A stretch of DNA of 64,000 bases from Takakia lepidozioides (lineage: Eukaryota; Plantae; Bryophyta). Below the pieces are notes generated by a model, which was not told where the DNA came from, did no database searches, and was given only the letters and a program-made list of their open reading frames with translations. The translations under genes and the position numbers were made by a program. The DNA lies in NCBI GenBank assembly GCA_030704615.1, contig CM060731.1, positions 60,574,001 through 60,638,000 of the forward strand. The letters are read 5' to 3'. Shown piece after piece: positions 15,973-27,300 of this stretch (its first letter is position 1; the number at the start of each line of letters is the position of its first letter).

Positions 15973-16710
15973 ATGGCACTATGGGAACTTGTTGGGGGCT
16001 TGTTGGGGGGTAGATGTCCAGGGGAAGCCTCATCCTTTGCTCCTCAGCATATGGAGAGGCAGGTTCTTGTCGACCTAGGGGTCAACGAGAGCCTGTCCCC
16101 CTACGAGACAAAGATGATGGAGAATTTCAATAACCCTCCTCGAGAGGGATCTTTTCTGATAACCTACAAGAGGGGCGATGGTGATCGCATGGATGAGAGA
16201 TTGGCTCAAATGGAGTCTCACAACTCTCAAATGGAGTCTCGCATTCGAGAGTTGCAGCTCAAAGACGAGCAAAGGACGATTCAACTGCACGAGCTATCCA
16301 GTTGGGTCGTTGTTTTGAAGGTAATATACTACTCCTTGGCTTGTTTTTTGCTGCCCCATCCTGACATTGTACATTAGGTACGATTGAGCCCAATACGGAG
16401 CACTAACTTTCTCCACCTACATGAATTTGGTCTCTTGCAGGGGACCTCTCCACGTCTTGCAGCCTATGATACAATACGTATCATGGTTGACAAGTTAGAT
16501 GAGGTCACGCAAGAATGCTGCAAGAGATCGCAGTCCAATGTAGGTTTCATCGGTGTTTGGAAGGCGAACCACAAGCTAATACGAGGCTCGTACAATTTTT
16601 TGCATCAGTATGTGGAGAAGGCAACCCACGATAAAAAGAATGACGACGGATTGTCTATGTTGCAACACGTCCATCAGCTGGTGAGAAATCCCTATTACAA
16701 TTCTAGTTAG
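15973..16710 (+). CDS. Two-exon ORF of unknown function (about 205 aa) in dispersed repeat 'B', copy 1 (repeat extends to about 16835)
   Basis: Exon 1 15973-16320 (coiled-coil-like RMDERLAQMESHNSQMESRIRELQ), GT-AG intron 16321-16440 (phase 0), exon 2 16441-16710. Splice sites and the exon-2 frame are also retained in the copy at 49088-49930. Confidence 0.45.
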
Positions 16711-16854
16711 TCTAATCAAAGCCACATGATACACACATTTGTGATTCCAGCCATTTAATGTACACTTTAGTTATCAACTTATACTTGAAGGCAATAAGCG
16801 AATAAAAGCGATATAACAACCCGGGCTATGTGGATCATATCTTCTCTCTAATCC

Positions 16855-16976
16855 AGATTATCCAAAGAAATAAAGAAAAAAGGAAAACCCACTTCTGTCT
16901 CTTCTTGAGAATCAAAAGGCTTATGACACAATGTAGAGAGATGCTCCAACTCTGGTCATCTGGGGTCAAGGGAAAC
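16855..16976 (+). repeat. Short piece of the non-L1 LINE RT found at 47570-48800
   Basis: Inverted match to about 48678-48800 (KAYDT motif region). Confidence 0.7.
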
Positions 16977-18008
16977 TGATCGTAAGTTAGATCGTAGTAT
17001 TGTATCAGAGTTTGGTTTATAACTAACTTGTTTTTTGTTAGTTCAGGCCCTTGAGGTTTATCTTTTTGGATTCGAATCCAAGATGATGAAAGTACAAAAT
17101 GAGTTATATCTTTAATAGTTTTTTATAAAAAAAATGGAATGTGACATGCAAATATCATATTTTGAAGAGTGAACTCCCATTTTGCAATTGCTAAATTTGA
17201 ATAATTTCCCCAAGATCAGCATGTCCCGAAAATAAAGTTGGGAAAATATTGTATTCTTCACTATTGTGATCTCGTAAAAGTCCAAGAGATTTATATCCTT
17301 CACTCGGAGTGATTGCATAATTATTGTGTTCATGATCGAATATTTGTTCAACATCAAGGTGATTTTGTACGAATGTGTTTGTGGGAGTATTATCATGTAT
17401 TTCTTCATAACAGTCATTAATATTTTGGTCGTCAACATCATCTATGATTGTTTGGGAATCCTCAGACAATTCAAACATATTTTTTCAATTTCTTCTTATC
17501 GACACACTGACAAGTTGATATAATAGAGTTCCACATAAATCATGCAATGTTTTTATAACCATGTTTGGTTGAACGTACCGTGACATGTAAGGTAATTATA
17601 TTCAAGTTTTTTCTTAACATTATTGCTATTGTTGCTTCATCCTAAGGATGACGTGGTAAGACAGATTGGATTTTATCAATATTTGTTGGAACATTAATAA
17701 TGCTACCACGAATGCCAAATTGACTGAATCCATGTAGCTCATATAGTTGTGAGGAGCTACAAGACGTTCTTCCAAATTTTGGTTTAAGACATCTACTGAT
17801 TCAATTACATTTTTTGGTTCATGATAATGTTTAATAAGCAAATTATTTACTTTTATACCATCATCAATCATATGCTGACAAATTCTACATAAATATAAGA
17901 TGAATGAACCAGATCTCGAAAATGTGATATTATATAATTCAAATATCTTCAGAAGCCAATTTCATCTGGTATCGAAACCATAATCGATGGCAAAATACAC
18001 AATTATCG

Positions 18009-21000
18009 AGCACCTAGGAACTGCTGGTGGATTGGCACAACACTTTAGCCTTTCAATGGGGAAAGGCTTCTACGCTATCATCTTCAGCTCGCCAGCAGAT
18101 GCAGAAAAGGCTCTGCGCTTCAACACACAGACATCCGCCTCCAAAGTCCACATTTTTCCATCTCTACTGTATGCTCCCCCCTCTTCTTTTATGTGCTTGA
18201 CCACTCAGACTGTAAACGGGTATGGACTTTGCTGCTGGACAGTGTTCATAAGCAGAAAATCCTGCCAGCCTGGTGGAACTCAGCAGGCCTTCCATCCTCC
18301 CCACAATCCCTCTCCCGCCTTTCAAAAGCTCTAGCCTGGGACATCTCTACAGACATGTTTTCAGTTCTTAGAGACGGAGGGACCCACTTCGTACCTTTTC
18401 AAAACAACTGTAAACGAAAAAAGGCAACGATTGTGTTCACCTGTCAGCTCCCTGTTTTGATCCATCCTCCATAAGGGTTTAAGTGGTTCTCCACCCCGCC
18501 ACCATCCGACAAGCGTTCAAAATATTTTTTCCTCCCACAATGGCCATCAAGTCACGCAAAGAGCGTGGGCCGGATAGCCACACCCACATGAATCTGTCTT
18601 TTGTCTCCTGGAATGTGCGAGGTCTCGGCTCTGACCACTCTGCCCCCAAAAGGGCAAGGGTCAGAGCTTGGGCCTCCACTTTGTTACGTGGTTCCAATAT
18701 TATCTTTCTGCAAGAACATAAATTAAATCAACTAAAAATTGCTTCCCTTGGTGCCTCCATTTGGCCAGCGGCCACTGCCTTCTGGAATCCCACCATCTCG
18801 GATTCCAGAGGGGGCACAACAATCCTTGCTTCCCCCTCCTTACAACAATCCATTATCTCCCATGAGATCTGGTTGTCAGGCAGAGTGCAGCTTCTTGTCT
18901 TGAACATAGGTCAATCATTGGGGGAGGTGGGTTTTCTAAACATCTATGCTCCAAATGGGGAGGAAGACAGGATAGACCTCTGGAACCAGATCAAATGTAA
19001 CATGCAACAGCGACATCATCTTCAGCACTGGCTGGTAGGCGGTGACTTCAATATGGTGGAGGATAAAAGAGACAGGCTTGGGAGATTGGTGAATCGTCTC
19101 TCCATGACAGAAAAGAACACTTGGGATGCCTTGTGCTTGTTAGTGGGGCTGCTCGACGCTTTGTCTCCAAGCCAGGGAGAATTGAAATTCAAATGGTCGA
19201 ACAACAGGGACCCCCCTCACTTGTGCCAGGCTCGGTTGGACAGATTTTATTGCTCCTACACTCTGAAGTCGTGGTCAACCAGTGTCCCGCTGCAGCCTAT
19301 CCTCCCGGAGTTTGACCATGCCATGGTGCAACTGATGCTCAACACCCCCAGGGTCAAGGGTGAGAGGCAGGGGTTTCTTCAAGCTTAACCCAATCATGTT
19401 GCAGGACCCCTTCGTCATATAGACCCTTCAGAATGCCTGGGAATCAACCACCCAGCTAGTCTCTCCCACTGCTAGATTCTTGGCGAAGATGGAATTTTTA
19501 AGAGACCTTTGTAAAGTCATGGCAAAGGAAAAGGCAGATGACAATACTAGAAGACAAAAGGCTCTGACTAAGTGCTTGGAAGTCTGCCAGTTCAAGCTAC
19601 AATCAGGTCTGGAGGGAGCGCACACCATATCTGCTTACAAGGATGCCAAGAGAAATCTCTCCACGCTGTTACATGCCAAGGAGCAATTCTCCAAAGTCAA
19701 AGCTGGAGTCAATTGGAGCCTTAAAGGGGAAAAGATGAATATATATTTCTTTGTTAAGGCTGCGCAGCGGCGAGCTGTCACAATGGTCCCAGCTTTGCAA
19801 GATGCAGATGGACATCGGGTAGATAAGCCAAAAATCATGGCTGAAGTGGCAGCCTCATATTTTCAAGCTCTGTTTCAAAAGCAAGATGATTCGCATCAGA
19901 AACATGAAGCAGCAGCGGCTTTGTTGCACCACATCCCCTGCTCGATCTCTCAACTGGACAAATCAAACTTGGCGGCCCCCCTATCAGTGTATGAATTGGG
20001 GCAGACGGTCAACTCTTTGGCATCACAAAAGTCGCCAGGACTGGATGGTCTCCAAATTGAACTTTTTAAAGCACTTTGGCATACAATTGGGGAGGACATC
20101 TTCCATTTGGCTAATGATATTATGGTAAAACAAATAATGCCCTCGCAGATGGCGGAAGGTCTCATTACTCTAGTCTTTAAGAAAGGAGATAGAGAAGATA
20201 TGGCCAACTACCGGCCAATCACTTTGCTAAACTCAACTTACAAGATTATCGCAAAGACCCTGGCCTTGAGGTTGCAGCCTCTCCTGTTGAAAATTATTAG
20301 AAAGGAGCATACTGGCTTTCTCAAAGATCGCATGATCTTAGACAACATCTTGCTGGCCCACGAGGCCCTTCACAGAGCAGAAATAAACAGCCAACCGCTG
20401 GCCTTCTTAATGCTTGATTTTGAAAAGGCCTTTGACTCCATTGATTGGACCTTTCTGGAAGGGGCTATGGAGAAATCAGGGCTGGGAGGGCCTTTCCTGA
20501 CATGGGTCCACATCCTCTTGCATGCAGCATCCAGCAAGGTCATGGTTAATGGGGTTATATCGAAGCCCTTTCGCATTTCCAGATCGGTGCGGCAGGGTTG
20601 TCCCCTGGCACCCTTCCTCTTCCTCATAGTGGCGGACTCGCTGGGTCACATGTTGCACTACAGGCAAGACATCATTGGCCTTCACTTGCCCACACTGACC
20701 CCGGAAATGCTGAAACTCTCGGTGTATGCAAAATGATTGCTGGACAACTCCACTAAGGCCAACGTTGACAAGGCACTCCAAATTCTCCACACCTTCTGCT
20801 TGGCTACAGGGCTCAAGGTCAATTGGAAAAAATCAATGGGCATTTTGTCCAAGCTGCATAATGAGGCAACGACAACCCACTGTCAGCCATGGGGGGCAGA
20901 TATAGGACTTGGGTGGCTGCAAGAGGGCCGAACGCACAAGCTGCTGGGACATCAAATAGGTCTGAACATGTCAAATCATGACCGCTTCAAGGATGTGCTT

Positions 21001-22082
21001 GCTAGGCTAAAAACAAACCTGGCGTTCTGGAGTGCTGCAATGCTCTCCATTGTGGGTAGAGCTTTAGTTGCTAACCAGGTTTTGGAGGCATCAATGTGGT
21101 TTTATGCGGCACTTTGGGACCCAGATGAGGCCATGGTCAAGGAAATTAAGGCGCTCATTCGTATTTTCATATGGGGAGCTACTTCTACGGCCCCATCCAA
21201 AAGGGCTTTGCTCTCATGGGACCAGTTGTGCCAAAAGAAAAAAAAAAGGTGGACTAGGAATTCTTGACCCCTCGGCGCAGTTTAAGGCACTGTTGGCAAA
21301 GTGGGTCCCAAGAGCCATCAAGCATAGAAACACTCCATGGAGCAAGCTCATACAACCCTACCTCATGGGATCGATCCCCACATCCTCAAGCCTATGGACT
21401 CAATCCTTGAGATGGATTGTTCAAGGTAAAAACAAAATTGTTTCCTTGGGCTCCAAACCATGGCAGTCCATATGGAGGGCCTGGCATGGCATGAGAGGCA
21501 ATCTCACGGAACGGATGCCTCTGACGCACCAGGAGTGTTTGAGACAGCCTGTTTTTGCTAATTATAACATGGATTCGGACATTCTTCTTTCGCAGGCCCC
21601 GCAGTGGGCTTTTTGGGAGCAGACAGTTTTCACGCACATATCAAACATGCGCTGTCAGCATCAGTTCTTATCTAGGGCGCAAATCACCACCATGGTTGGG
21701 CACAGAAGAGCTAAAACCTGGGACACCATTCTGGCAAATGTGCCTCAGTACATGGAACCTCTCCTCGCTGATGCATTGGACATAAAGATACCCACTTGGA
21801 TGGCCACCAGTCAATGGATTTAGACCCCTGTCATGTTGGTCACATCCTGCCAATGTGTTAGAGCAACAGGTCTGGGATTTTCTGCAGATGGAGATGGTCT
21901 TCTTCAGTATCAAGGAAGAATGGAAGCAGATAAAGCCGACCTCTTTCACATCAGAGTTATGGATAATCTGGGCAACCCAAACCCGCTGCCCCCGCAAGGT
22001 ATGGAGACCCAATGGGCGAGACAAGAAAACCTCGCCTGGTTTTTGAGCTGCCCACTGGTGGACCTGCAATTCGATCCCGGGG
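18009..22082 (+). mobile_element. L1/Tx1-type LINE, 5' part (ORF1 remnant plus disrupted ORF2 endonuclease-RT)
   Basis: ORF1-like MGKGFYAIIF. ORF2 from ATG 18588: SWNVRGLG, IFLQEHK, GGDFN, ARLDRFY (EEP); KSPGLDG, NYRPITLLN, LDFEKAFDSIDW, VRQGCPLAP (RT). Frameshifts near 19385, 20733 and 21245. Ends at DLQFDPG followed by the TSD CGGGG (22078-22082). Confidence 0.93.
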
Positions 22083-22306
22083 TGTCGCGGCCCTTTGCCT
22101 TGAGGGCAGGGGGTCGGGATGCAGCGATGCAGAGGGGCTGCCCCTGTAGTGGGGGCGGTGCAACAATAGGTACGGGGGGGGGGGGGCTGAAGCACCCTTG
22201 AGTGCCCAAGGCACTCAAGGAGGCGGAGGCACTCACTAGGTGGAGCCCCGCACACCGGGTTGCGGTGGGGGTGGCTCCACAAGGGGTGGTGGTAGCTTAG
22301 TGGGAC
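22083..22306 (+). repeat. First 224 bp of the 5' LTR of chromovirus copy 2, left in the original orientation
   Basis: Starts TGTCGCGG right after the TSD. It is the reverse complement of the LTR segment at about 24110-24336, which is the part missing from the LTR at 29822-30314. Confidence 0.9.
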
Positions 22307-22310
22307 GAGG

Positions 22311-23595
22311 GTTTTAATTTTTTTTTTAATTTTTTTTTTAATTTTTTTTAATTTTTTTTCTCAAGGAAAGGGACAGAAGCCCTGTTCAATGATCAAATTA
22401 ATAAGGAGTTACACAGGGGTGGAAAAAATAACCACCCGGGGAGGGGGCCGTGAGGCATACTGAGGGGGAACTTCCCCGGAACCAAAGCGAACATGCTAAG
22501 GGAAAAGAGCAATGAAACCCAAAGAGATGACTTTGAGAAGGATTGGTCGAGAGAGTGGTGTGGGGGGCCGAGAGAGATGTGCTAAGGATGGGGGGGATTA
22601 GAAGCAGGATTCACTGAAGGGAAGTAGACAATGTCAGGAAAAAACAATGAGCTAAGTCTTGAAAAAAACTTGAAATAAGCAGGGGATGCCTGGGGACGAT
22701 GGAAGTAGATTTTGAGGGTGAAGCATCTCGGAACCATCGCAGAGGCGAATGCAGATGCCAGACTTCTAGAACTGTAGCTGCGCGCGGAATTTGGGGGCTC
22801 TTGCACGTTTATGGCGCCAGTTGCAATCTCCCTCATCACCTTCACCAGGGGACCTCCCATTGAGAGGGGATGGAATGTTGCCAAGTGAATTTAGATTTGG
22901 AAAAACCGGCGCCGAGCATGCTACTTTTGCCCCAGGTGTCATGAAAGTCTTGAAGCAATTTCCTCCCTCGTTGCTCCGAAGTTCTGGAAACAGCTGCACA
23001 GACAATTAACCAAGCCTTCCGCCCCTCGGTCAACAGATCTTGGTTAGTATTGAATAATACCAATCTGCCCCTGGGGGGTTTTCCCTCATAAATCCAAGCA
23101 CATCTTGTTTTCCATAAGTTCCACAAGGTAAGCGCTCTAAGAGCAGCCCAACCCGGGCAGATAGTCTGCACTTGACCCACGGTGAAATTTAGAAGCAACA
23201 GAGAAGGTGGGGGGGGGAGAGAGGAAGCTATTCCAGTGGGAGTAGAAACCAAGAACCAAGTGCCAGACTCTAACAGCCACTGCAAACATCAGGCAGTGTT
23301 CAATGGATTCGGGAGAAGAACTGCACAGAGAGCAGTTAGGGTTGTCTTCGTGGGTGCGTTCTTTGACTGGAAGAATTCTATGCGCGATTTTCCATAGAAA
23401 ACCGGATAGCCTGGCTGGTCTGTCTTTTCTCCAGATGTCTCTCCAGATTTTGTCCCATCCTAGGCGGTCTAGCAGCGGAATGTTCCATTTTTCTTTTCAC
23501 TTGAATTCAAACGAGCGGGAGGGGTTTAGGAGAGAGTATTCACAGAGTACGCAAAGAAATGGGTCTTTTTCTTATCCGTCCATCTCCACTCCCCG
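22311..23595 (-). mobile_element. 3' part of the same LINE (zf-RVT domain, 3' UTR, A-rich tail), now inverted
   Basis: The minus strand from 23595 reads GEWRWTDK..., continuing FDP|GEWRW. Then FLWKIAHRILPV...CSLCSSSPESIEHCL and LWNLWKTRC. Tail of (A8-10TT)n at 22312-22359. Confidence 0.9.
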
Positions 23596-24336
23596 TGTCG
23601 CGCATCTCATTTCGGTCAGTTCCCCTTCAAGTCATAGTTACTCGCTTTGATGCGCGCGCCTAACTCCCAACCTGGCCGCCGGGCCAATTCGGAGCTTCGG
23701 CTGCTCAACGGAACATAACGGTCCCCCTTTCTTCCCCCAACAGACCCTCCACCAATTTGGGCCTAGTGGAAATTCCCTTTGGTAGATGGCAGTCCGGAAT
23801 AGCTCCCCACTCCTTGGTCGCTTTCCGGCTCGCTCGCTTACTCACTAGTTTTTGGTCACCAACGGGCTTGCACCGTTCTCGGGGTTACTACTCCCTATAT
23901 ATACTTCTGTGACTGTCCGCGAGGGTTTCACAAACAACCATGCCATTTTATGGCGAACCACCACGAAGACCCTCGATTCCCGATGATGAGTCGCGGTGAG
24001 TCTTGGCCCACACACCACGGCCCCATTGGACCGTGGCGAGTCCCAAGACTCCCCACGACTCCCACCACAAGGTCTCCGCCCCATGGTGAGTCTTATGCCA
24101 CCCCTACTAAGTCCCACTAAGCTACCACCACCCCTTGTGGAGCCACCCCCACCGCAACCCGGTGTGCGGGGCTCCACCTAGTGAGTGCCTCCGCCTCCTT
24201 GAGTGCCTTGGGCACTCAAGGGTGCTTCAGCCCCCCCCCCCCCCCCCCCCCCGTACCTATTGCTGCCACCGCCCCCACTACAGGGGCAACCTCTCTGCGT
24301 CCTGACCCCCTGCCCTCAAGGCAAAAGGCCGCGACA
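23596..24336 (-). repeat. 3' LTR of chromovirus copy 2 (741 bp)
   Basis: TGTCGCG...CGCGACA termini. Matches 6617-7344 and 29822-30314. Confidence 0.92.
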
Positions 24337-27300
24337 CACACCCCTACCAACAGGGAGTCGATGTCCTCATCGACTTGTCTATTTTGTAGAAACAAACATC
24401 CAAGTTGTGGTGTCCCATATTAAGGAGTTTGTTTCCACACCATGGCGTCCCATGGCAAAGAACCAAACCCCACACTTGACTCTACTCTCCACTAGATAGT
24501 TCGGCCGACTTTCTCCAAGTCCCAACCAAGGGTGGAGCCTCTCCAGCTCCTCCCAGTGCACTCTTCTTGGCCCACTTCATGGCCAAGGAACGATCCTCCC
24601 CGAGGATCGAATCGCCTTACTACAACAACATTGTTTGCGACCGCTCATGATGCCGCTTTTGGCATCACCTTGAGCAAGGGTTCACCTTGAACCCTTTTTG
24701 ACTAGGAAGATAACCTTGAACCAACCGTGTGCCCCAATCACTACAATTGGGTCCGCCTTGGAATGCTGACCTGAGGTACGGGAACACGCCGAAGCCGTAC
24801 TACGACTTCATCCCGAGGCTACACGATTATAGTACGTGAACGGAAGCACGTAGCTTTCGTGTTAGCCCGCACTACAAGGCAACCCCCTCGGTAGCGCAGT
24901 TATAGTACGCGCACGTGCCAGGTGCGCACTAGCACGTGAACTCCCAAAGAAGATGCAAGTTTCATTGCCCCTTGGATGGGAGTCACCCGATTTCGGCACT
25001 GCGCAAACACACGATTAATCTAATTTACCTCTCCCACTTTTGTAAGCTAGCATGCATTCTATACACTAGCCAACCATACCATGCATCACCATTCCAAACA
25101 AAATAGGAGGTGCAACATTTGGAAACCATTTCATTTATAACAAAATTTGTACAACACAAGTTTTTGCAATCGGATTCTTGCGCTAGCTAAGCCAGGCTAA
25201 GCATGCATTTCCTCCCCCACGATCCAAGGTTGATGTCCCCATCAACGCTTCTTCCACTTTTGAGTTCGCCCTTCGAAAGCTGCAACCGCCTCGGATTCGT
25301 TTCCCATTTCTGAGGCACACACCCAAGTTGCCTCCACATGATGATAGCCCTTCCATTTCACGAGATACTCCGTTTCTCGATTCTTGAACCTCCTCGACTT
25401 AAGCACTGCCTCCACCTCGTACTCATGTTCATTTTCATGATCCAACAGCACAGGTGGCGGACGCAACACTTGATGCCGATTCGAACGCGCTTCATATTTG
25501 AAGTAAGGCTTCAAAAGGGAGACGTGGAATACCGGATGCACCTTGCTATTTGCCGGCAACTCCAATTCATACACATCCTCATTCATAACCTTCCGGATGC
25601 GAAAGGGTCCCGCATACGGAGGTACGAACTTCGGACTCACTTCTGGAGGTAGTCGAAAATTCTTGATGTTCAACCAGACCTCCGTGCCTGCCTCAAACTT
25701 GACTTCCCTCCGCTTCCGTTTATACCGTTTCCTAGCTTTGGCGATGTTATACTTTGCGAGCTTCAACAAGCGCTCGGGTTCCTCCAACACCACTGCTGCT
25801 GCCGGTTCCTCAACGTCTTGGGCAGCCCAACTTGTCGGCACTAGAGGTGCTTTTCCATAGACCAATACGAAAGGGGAAACATCTGTTGCAGAGTGTTTTG
25901 TGTTGGTATAACAGAACTCTGCCGCGTCCAAGTACTCCACCCAGTCCGATTGGTCCGCCGACACGTAATTCCGCAAGATCTGCTTCACCACAGAATTCAC
26001 CCTTTCCGTTTGGCCGTCTGTCGTAGGTCAGAAGGCGGTGCTCATCTTGAGCCTCGTTCCCATCTTCTTTCAAAGTGCCCTCCAAAATTTACTCGTAAAC
26101 TTTGGATCGTGGTCCGAGACAATATCCTTCGGGAGTCCATGATGCTTGAAGACGTGGGCAAAGTAAAGTCGCCCCGTCTCCTGTGCCGTTGCCGCCTCCT
26201 TGGTGGGGATGAAATGACCCATTTTACTAAACCTATCCACCACCACCATGATTCTCCTTTTGACAGCGGCATAGCAGTCATGAAATCCATCGAAACACTT
26301 TTTCAAGACCCTTCTGGAATCGGCAAGGGTTGTAACAGCCCCGCTTGCTTTTTGTACTCGCTCTGGTTTTGTTGGCATGTGGTGCATGTCTTGACATACT
26401 CCTCGGCCTCCTCCCTCAGTTTGGGCCAGAAATACTCTTTCTTCAAGAGTGCCGCGGTGCGTTTGGCTCCGCTGTGGCCCGCAAGCGGGCCATCATGACA
26501 TTCTCTCAAGAGACTATCTTTGATCCCTCCTTTCGGCATGTAGAGACGTTTTTGCTTATACCGGAGCAATCCATTTTGCAAGTGGAACTGCGATTTAACC
26601 CCCATCCTTAAGTCCCGCATCACGGACTTCGCCATCTCATCCTTCCGGTAAGCCTTCCGGATCTTCCTTTGGAGCGCCGTCTCGCCCCTGTACACCAACA
26701 TAAGCTGTTGCTTTCTACTTAAAGCATCGGCCACCACATTGTCTCGTCCGGGTTTGTACTGGATATCCACGTCGAAGACCGCCAAAGTATCTTGCCACCT
26801 AAGTTGTTTTGAGGACAATTTAGGCTGCGTGGCAAAATACTTCACCGTGACATTGTCCGTGAACACCTTCACCGGGTTGGAACCAACATAATGGCGCCAA
26901 AGCTCAAGGCAATGCACCACCACCTTCATTTCCTTCTCATGCGTAGGCCACCGTCGCTCTACTTCATTCAATTTCTTACTTTCGTAAGCCACTGGACGTC
27001 CATCCTGCATGAGTACACCCCCTATAGCAAAGTCCGACGCATCCGTATGAATCTCAAATGGAAGATTTTGAGGACTAGAGCTTCCGCCATCCGTTGCTTC
27101 AACTCGGCAAAAGCTTAACCACAAAAGGTGGTCCATACCCAGACTTTGGATTTACACAGAAGGTCTGATAGCGGCCCCGCGATCTTGGCGAAATTTCTCA
27201 CATACTTCCGGTAATAGGAGGCGAGTCCTAGGAAGGATCGCACTCCCTGGACCGAAGTCGGAGGCTCCCAGTCCAAGATCGCCCTCACCTTTCTGTCATC

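Larger units (their letters stand above)
5700..18008 (-). mobile_element. Decayed, fragmented Helitron of the endonuclease-bearing (Helentron) type, interrupted by foreign blocks; ends approximate
   Basis: AT-rich minus-strand remnants: N-terminal CVFCHRLWF (~17990), EERLVAP (17626-17871), TPSEGYKSLGLLRDHNSEEYNIFPTLFSG (17191-17478), Rep-like VFAMIRQFNPPTFF (14786-15154), WQANTDAQFILDPYVAACY (12705-12860). EEP endonuclease: N-half NTRSL...ILCLNET (11896-12118), C-half FIGDFNVDIL...SQLDNIW...EAY (5900-6248). Confidence 0.72.
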
